From Nemertoderma westbladi (lineage: Eukaryota > Animalia > Xenacoelomorpha): a DNA stretch of 64,000 nucleotides. Below, piece by piece: positions 60,679 to 64,000 of the stretch. The translations under genes and the position numbers were made by a program. The DNA lies in the NCBI GenBank assembly GCA_032718475.1, contig JAUCBJ010001846.1, forward strand, positions 496,001 to 560,000. The letters run 5' to 3'. Position 1 is the first letter of the stretch, and each line of letters starts with the position of its first letter. Below the pieces are notes generated by a model that was given only the letters and a program-made list of their open reading frames with translations, made no database searches and was not told the origin of the DNA.

Positions 60679-61856
60679 TTATCCATCTTTCTTTTCTGCT
60701 CGATCATTGTGGTAATCCGCACGGTGGTTATAGGCATATTTTTCTAATCCGTAATGAGTGGTTCTATAATGTATTGCTTCAATTTTGAAGCCAATAGATT
60801 CAACAATTTCGATGGTTTTATCAACAACAGGTATTAACTTTCCATTTCTTGTGCAATTACCCATTACAACAGCTAAAATCCCACCTTTTTCTTGTATTTT
60901 AAAAGTTTCCTCATAACACAACTTTAAGTGATTAAAGTATTTTTCTGTAATACTTTCAATTAGCAGGATGTGCTTTCATTTCTGTTTTATATAGCTTGTT
61001 TTTTCCTTGAGCATATTCATTTTTAAAAACCTGCCCCCAAAAATTCCATATTAAAAACGGGTGCATAATTAAAGCTATTGAGATATGGCAAGTAGCTAAT
61101 AGCCAGATAGCACTTGCCATCATAAAATTTCAGGGAGGTTCAAGTTGTTGCCTAGGTAACACTTAGCAGAAACTTCTGATGTATTTCTTTGGAACTGATC
61201 GTGATCGATGCACATATCATTCACTTTTTTTGAAAAAGCCCAAATTACATTGCGTTGCTTTTTCTTTTTATTGATATGTAGTCTTACCTCACCATCATGT
61301 GTTTTTGACACCCTTCTAACAATACCAATCAATGCAATGATTAAAAAGTCACATACATCAGATGTCTCTAACTTCAAAAGATAATCCTGTATGACTAGCA
61401 AATCTCTTGGTAGTTTCTTCGAACCATTTTTTTAGTAAAATCATCATTTGGTACACTACAGCAGTCTTTGTTTTTCTCGAACCAGATAACTAGCCTATTA
61501 AGTTCTTTTTTTACATTATAAATAGCTAGGGTCGTGACTTTTACATTTGAAGCCAACACAGAAAGCCAACTTATATATCTAAACCATAAGACTTTTAATC
61601 CCTTAATTTAGCCTCAACAATGTCTGCCAGACCTGCAAAAGTTATCTAGGATGTAACGTTCTTTTGAAGGCAGTGCATACTGCTTAAGTATTTGGCCAGC
61701 TACAGCAGAAGGAAATTTTCTATCATATCTGTAATGACTACGAACAAAATAAGATAATGCTTTAATAATATACGGAATATCCCACTCATTTATTTTTGGT
61801 GTCTTTTTATTTAGGCAGGTGATAATAGGAAGATGTTTTTTTGAATACCTGCTCAT
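60679..61856 (-). pseudogene. DNA amino-methyltransferase (probably N4-C), fragmented
   Basis: Y..KFP..VA..IL, ILDNFC.SG (motif I-like), and LAVVMGN..RNG..IP are spread over several frames. Confidence 0.68.
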
Positions 61857-62177
61857 TTTCAGAGAATAAATCCAAATATTTTGCTTGTTTAATCACATGT
61901 ATGCGGCTTTAAGAAATAGTACTGAAAGTCATCATAAAATCGTGAGCGTTTTTGGCAGCCATAGGCTATTAATTTACTAGAAATATAAAAACAATTAACC
62001 AGCTCAATGGGTTCTTTTATTTAACAAAAAGGTGTTTTTTCAAAAATTGGCTTCCTTAATGGTACATGCGAATAACAGTTTGAGGCATTAGTAGTGCTTG
62101 ATCATAAAGGTTAATTAGTATACACAATGGTTATGACTTATCAGCAAGTCAAGCATTGGCAGCAATCTATTGCAGCT

Positions 62178-62969
62178 TTAAGTAGCTAAATAATCAGGCA
62201 ATATTTCATTTGATCGACGCGTGAGTATTTCAGGCCCATTGTCGGTCACCAAAATAGTATGTTCCCATTGGGCAGAAAGGGCGTGGTCTTTGGTAATCAC
62301 AGTCCACCCATCGCCTAACAACTTCACATGGCGCTTGCCTAAATTTATCATCGGTTCAATGGTAAAACACATTCCGGGGCGTATAATCTCGCCTGTATTT
62401 TGCTTGCCAAAATGCAGTATTTGGGGTGGTTCATGAAAATTTTTTCCAATGCCATGTCCACAATATTCATGCACAACAGAATAATGATGCCCATAAGCGT
62501 GCTGCTCTATTACATAACCAATATCGCCCAAGGTTTTGCCCGGCAATGCTTGCCCAATACCCAAATACATGCACTGTTGGGTTACTTCACATAATTGATT
62601 GGCAGATTCATGCACTTTTCCCACAGTAAACATGCAACTGGTATCGCCATGGTAGCCGTCTTTAAGCACAGTGATATCAACATTAACAATATCACCCTTT
62701 TTTAGGTAGGTATCATCATCGGGTATACCATGGCAAACTTGGTGATTAATAGAGGTGCAGATTGATTTAGGGAACCCATGGTAGTTCAGTGGGGCGGGAA
62801 TAGCCTTTTGTTTTGTAACAATATAATCATGGCAAATTCGATCAAGCTCACCGGTACTAACACCAGGTTTCACAAAAGAGACTATCATTTCCAATACCTC
62901 AGCGGCCAGTCGCCCGCTTATACGCATTTTTTCAATATCTTTTTGGCTTTTAATCAGACTATGGTTCAT
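62178..62969 (-). CDS. map: Methionine aminopeptidase
   Basis: SICTSIN..CHGIP, DGYHGD, GHGIG..FHE, FTIEPM, SAQWEHT. Confidence 0.97.
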   Translation of the reverse strand: MNHSLIKSQKDIEKMRISGRLAAEVLEMIVSFVKPGVSTGELDRICHDYIVTKQKAIPAPLNYHGFPKSICTSINHQVCHGIPDDDTYLKKGDIVNVDITVLKDGYHGDTSCMFTVGKVHESANQLCEVTQQCMYLGIGQALPGKTLGDIGYVIEQHAYGHHYSVVHEYCGHGIGKNFHEPPQILHFGKQNTGEIIRPGMCFTIEPMINLGKRHVKLLGDGWTVITKDHALSAQWEHTILVTDNGPEILTRRSNEILPDYLAT

Positions 62970-62976
62970 ATATTTA

Positions 62977-64000
62977 TTAAATGATTGATGCAGGTAATTC
63001 ACCTACCAAATCAGGGGCAATGCCAATATAAGTGGAGGGGGTAAGGGCTTGTAACTGTTTTTTATCCGCGTTGGGAATAGACAACCCCTCAACGAATGTG
63101 GCAATGGTTTGTTGGTCAATCGTGTGGCCACGCGTTAAGTGTTTAAGCTTTTCATAGGCATCTGCGATGCCATGCTTTCGCATCACAGTTTGAATAGGTT
63201 CAGCCAATAACATCCATGCACCTGACAGGTCTTTTTCAATCGCTTTTTGGTTAATTTCAAGTTTATTTAACCCTTTTTTCAGGCCAAAAAAACCAAGCGC
63301 CATATAACCTGTAGCTGTTCCCATGTTACGAATGGCGGTGGAGTCAGATAAATCACGCTGATAGCGTGAAATAGGTAATTTTTCAGATAGGTGAGAAAAA
63401 ACAGCATTACTTAACCCTAAATTACCCTCTGCATTTTCAAAATCAATGGGGTTTACCTTATGGGGCATGGTTGAAGAACCCACCTCGTTTGCCTTTAATT
63501 TTTGGGTAAAATAATTCAGCGAAATATACCCCCAACAATCACGTGATAAATCCATTAAAACACTATTAATACGAATACAAGCATGCCCAAATTCCGCCAT
63601 GTAATCGTGCGGTTCAATTTGGGTAGTCAAAAGTTGTGGGTACAGCTTTAAACTTGCCATAAATGATTGGCTAACTGATACCCAGTCAATTTGGGGGTAG
63701 GCCGCCACGTGGGCATTAAAATTACCCACTGCCCCATTGAATTTACCATAAATCTTTACCCTTTTTAACAAAAGCGCTTGGGTATACAAGCGTTTGGCAA
63801 ACACAGCAATCTCTTTACCTAGCGTGGTGGGTGAGGCAGCTTGGCCATGGGTGCGAGAAAGCATAGCCACATTTTTGTGCGCATGGCTGAAGGTTTTAAG
63901 CTGTTGGTAGATATTTTCAATATCAATTAGCAGTTGGTCACACGATGCTTTTAGCATCAAAGCATGCGAGACATTGTTGATATCCTCAGAGGTGCACGCA
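62977..64000 (-). CDS. purB: Adenylosuccinate lyase, 5'-partial (runs off the window end)
   Basis: RTHGQ.ASPTT.GKE, GSSTMPHKVNPIDFEN, SRYQRDLSDS. Confidence 0.97.
   Translation of the reverse strand, partial: ACTSEDINNVSHALMLKASCDQLLIDIENIYQQLKTFSHAHKNVAMLSRTHGQAASPTTLGKEIAVFAKRLYTQALLLKRVKIYGKFNGAVGNFNAHVAAYPQIDWVSVSQSFMASLKLYPQLLTTQIEPHDYMAEFGHACIRINSVLMDLSRDCWGYISLNYFTQKLKANEVGSSTMPHKVNPIDFENAEGNLGLSNAVFSHLSEKLPISRYQRDLSDSTAIRNMGTATGYMALGFFGLKKGLNKLEINQKAIEKDLSGAWMLLAEPIQTVMRKHGIADAYEKLKHLTRGHTIDQQTIATFVEGLSIPNADKKQLQALTPSTYIGIAPDLVGELPASII

Noticed and set aside
373-62984. Numerous 60-160 aa antisense or overlapping ORFs in the track
   Set aside because: They are shadows of well-supported genes and have no recognisable motifs or RBS.

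Overview
Window from an AT-rich gammaproteobacterial chromosome showing signs of genome erosion. Housekeeping blocks: BatD-like, panC, tatABC, hisBHAFE, coaE-pilD, ispH, ratA-moeB-prmC-prfA-hemA, tRNA-Val, thrS-infC-rpmI-rplT-pheST-ihfA-merR, tRNA-Pro, PCuAC/SCO, map, purB. These are interspersed with many pseudogenes, a defective IS1595-family element inserted at the hisB start codon, and a decayed C-protein-regulated type II R-M locus. The centrepiece (about 15.8-37.9 kb) is a composite of two related Mu-like (transposable phage) elements. Element 1 has an uninterrupted head-protease-to-tail-fibre operon, but no portal, terminase, transposase, repressor or endolysin is recognisable in the window. 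It ends in an 83-bp TG/CA-type terminus that lands inside the gp46 gene of element 2. The remaining baseplate/fibre/holin genes of element 2 are decaying, and it ends in a second copy of the terminus that truncates a sensor kinase. Element 1 keeps cryptic expression signals: a 19-bp motif shared by two putative late promoters, a nested scaffold start, and a -1 frameshift site. Its strand composition is opposite to that of its surroundings. It is a candidate domesticated phage-derived particle system. All family assignments are from motif recognition by eye, not database searches.
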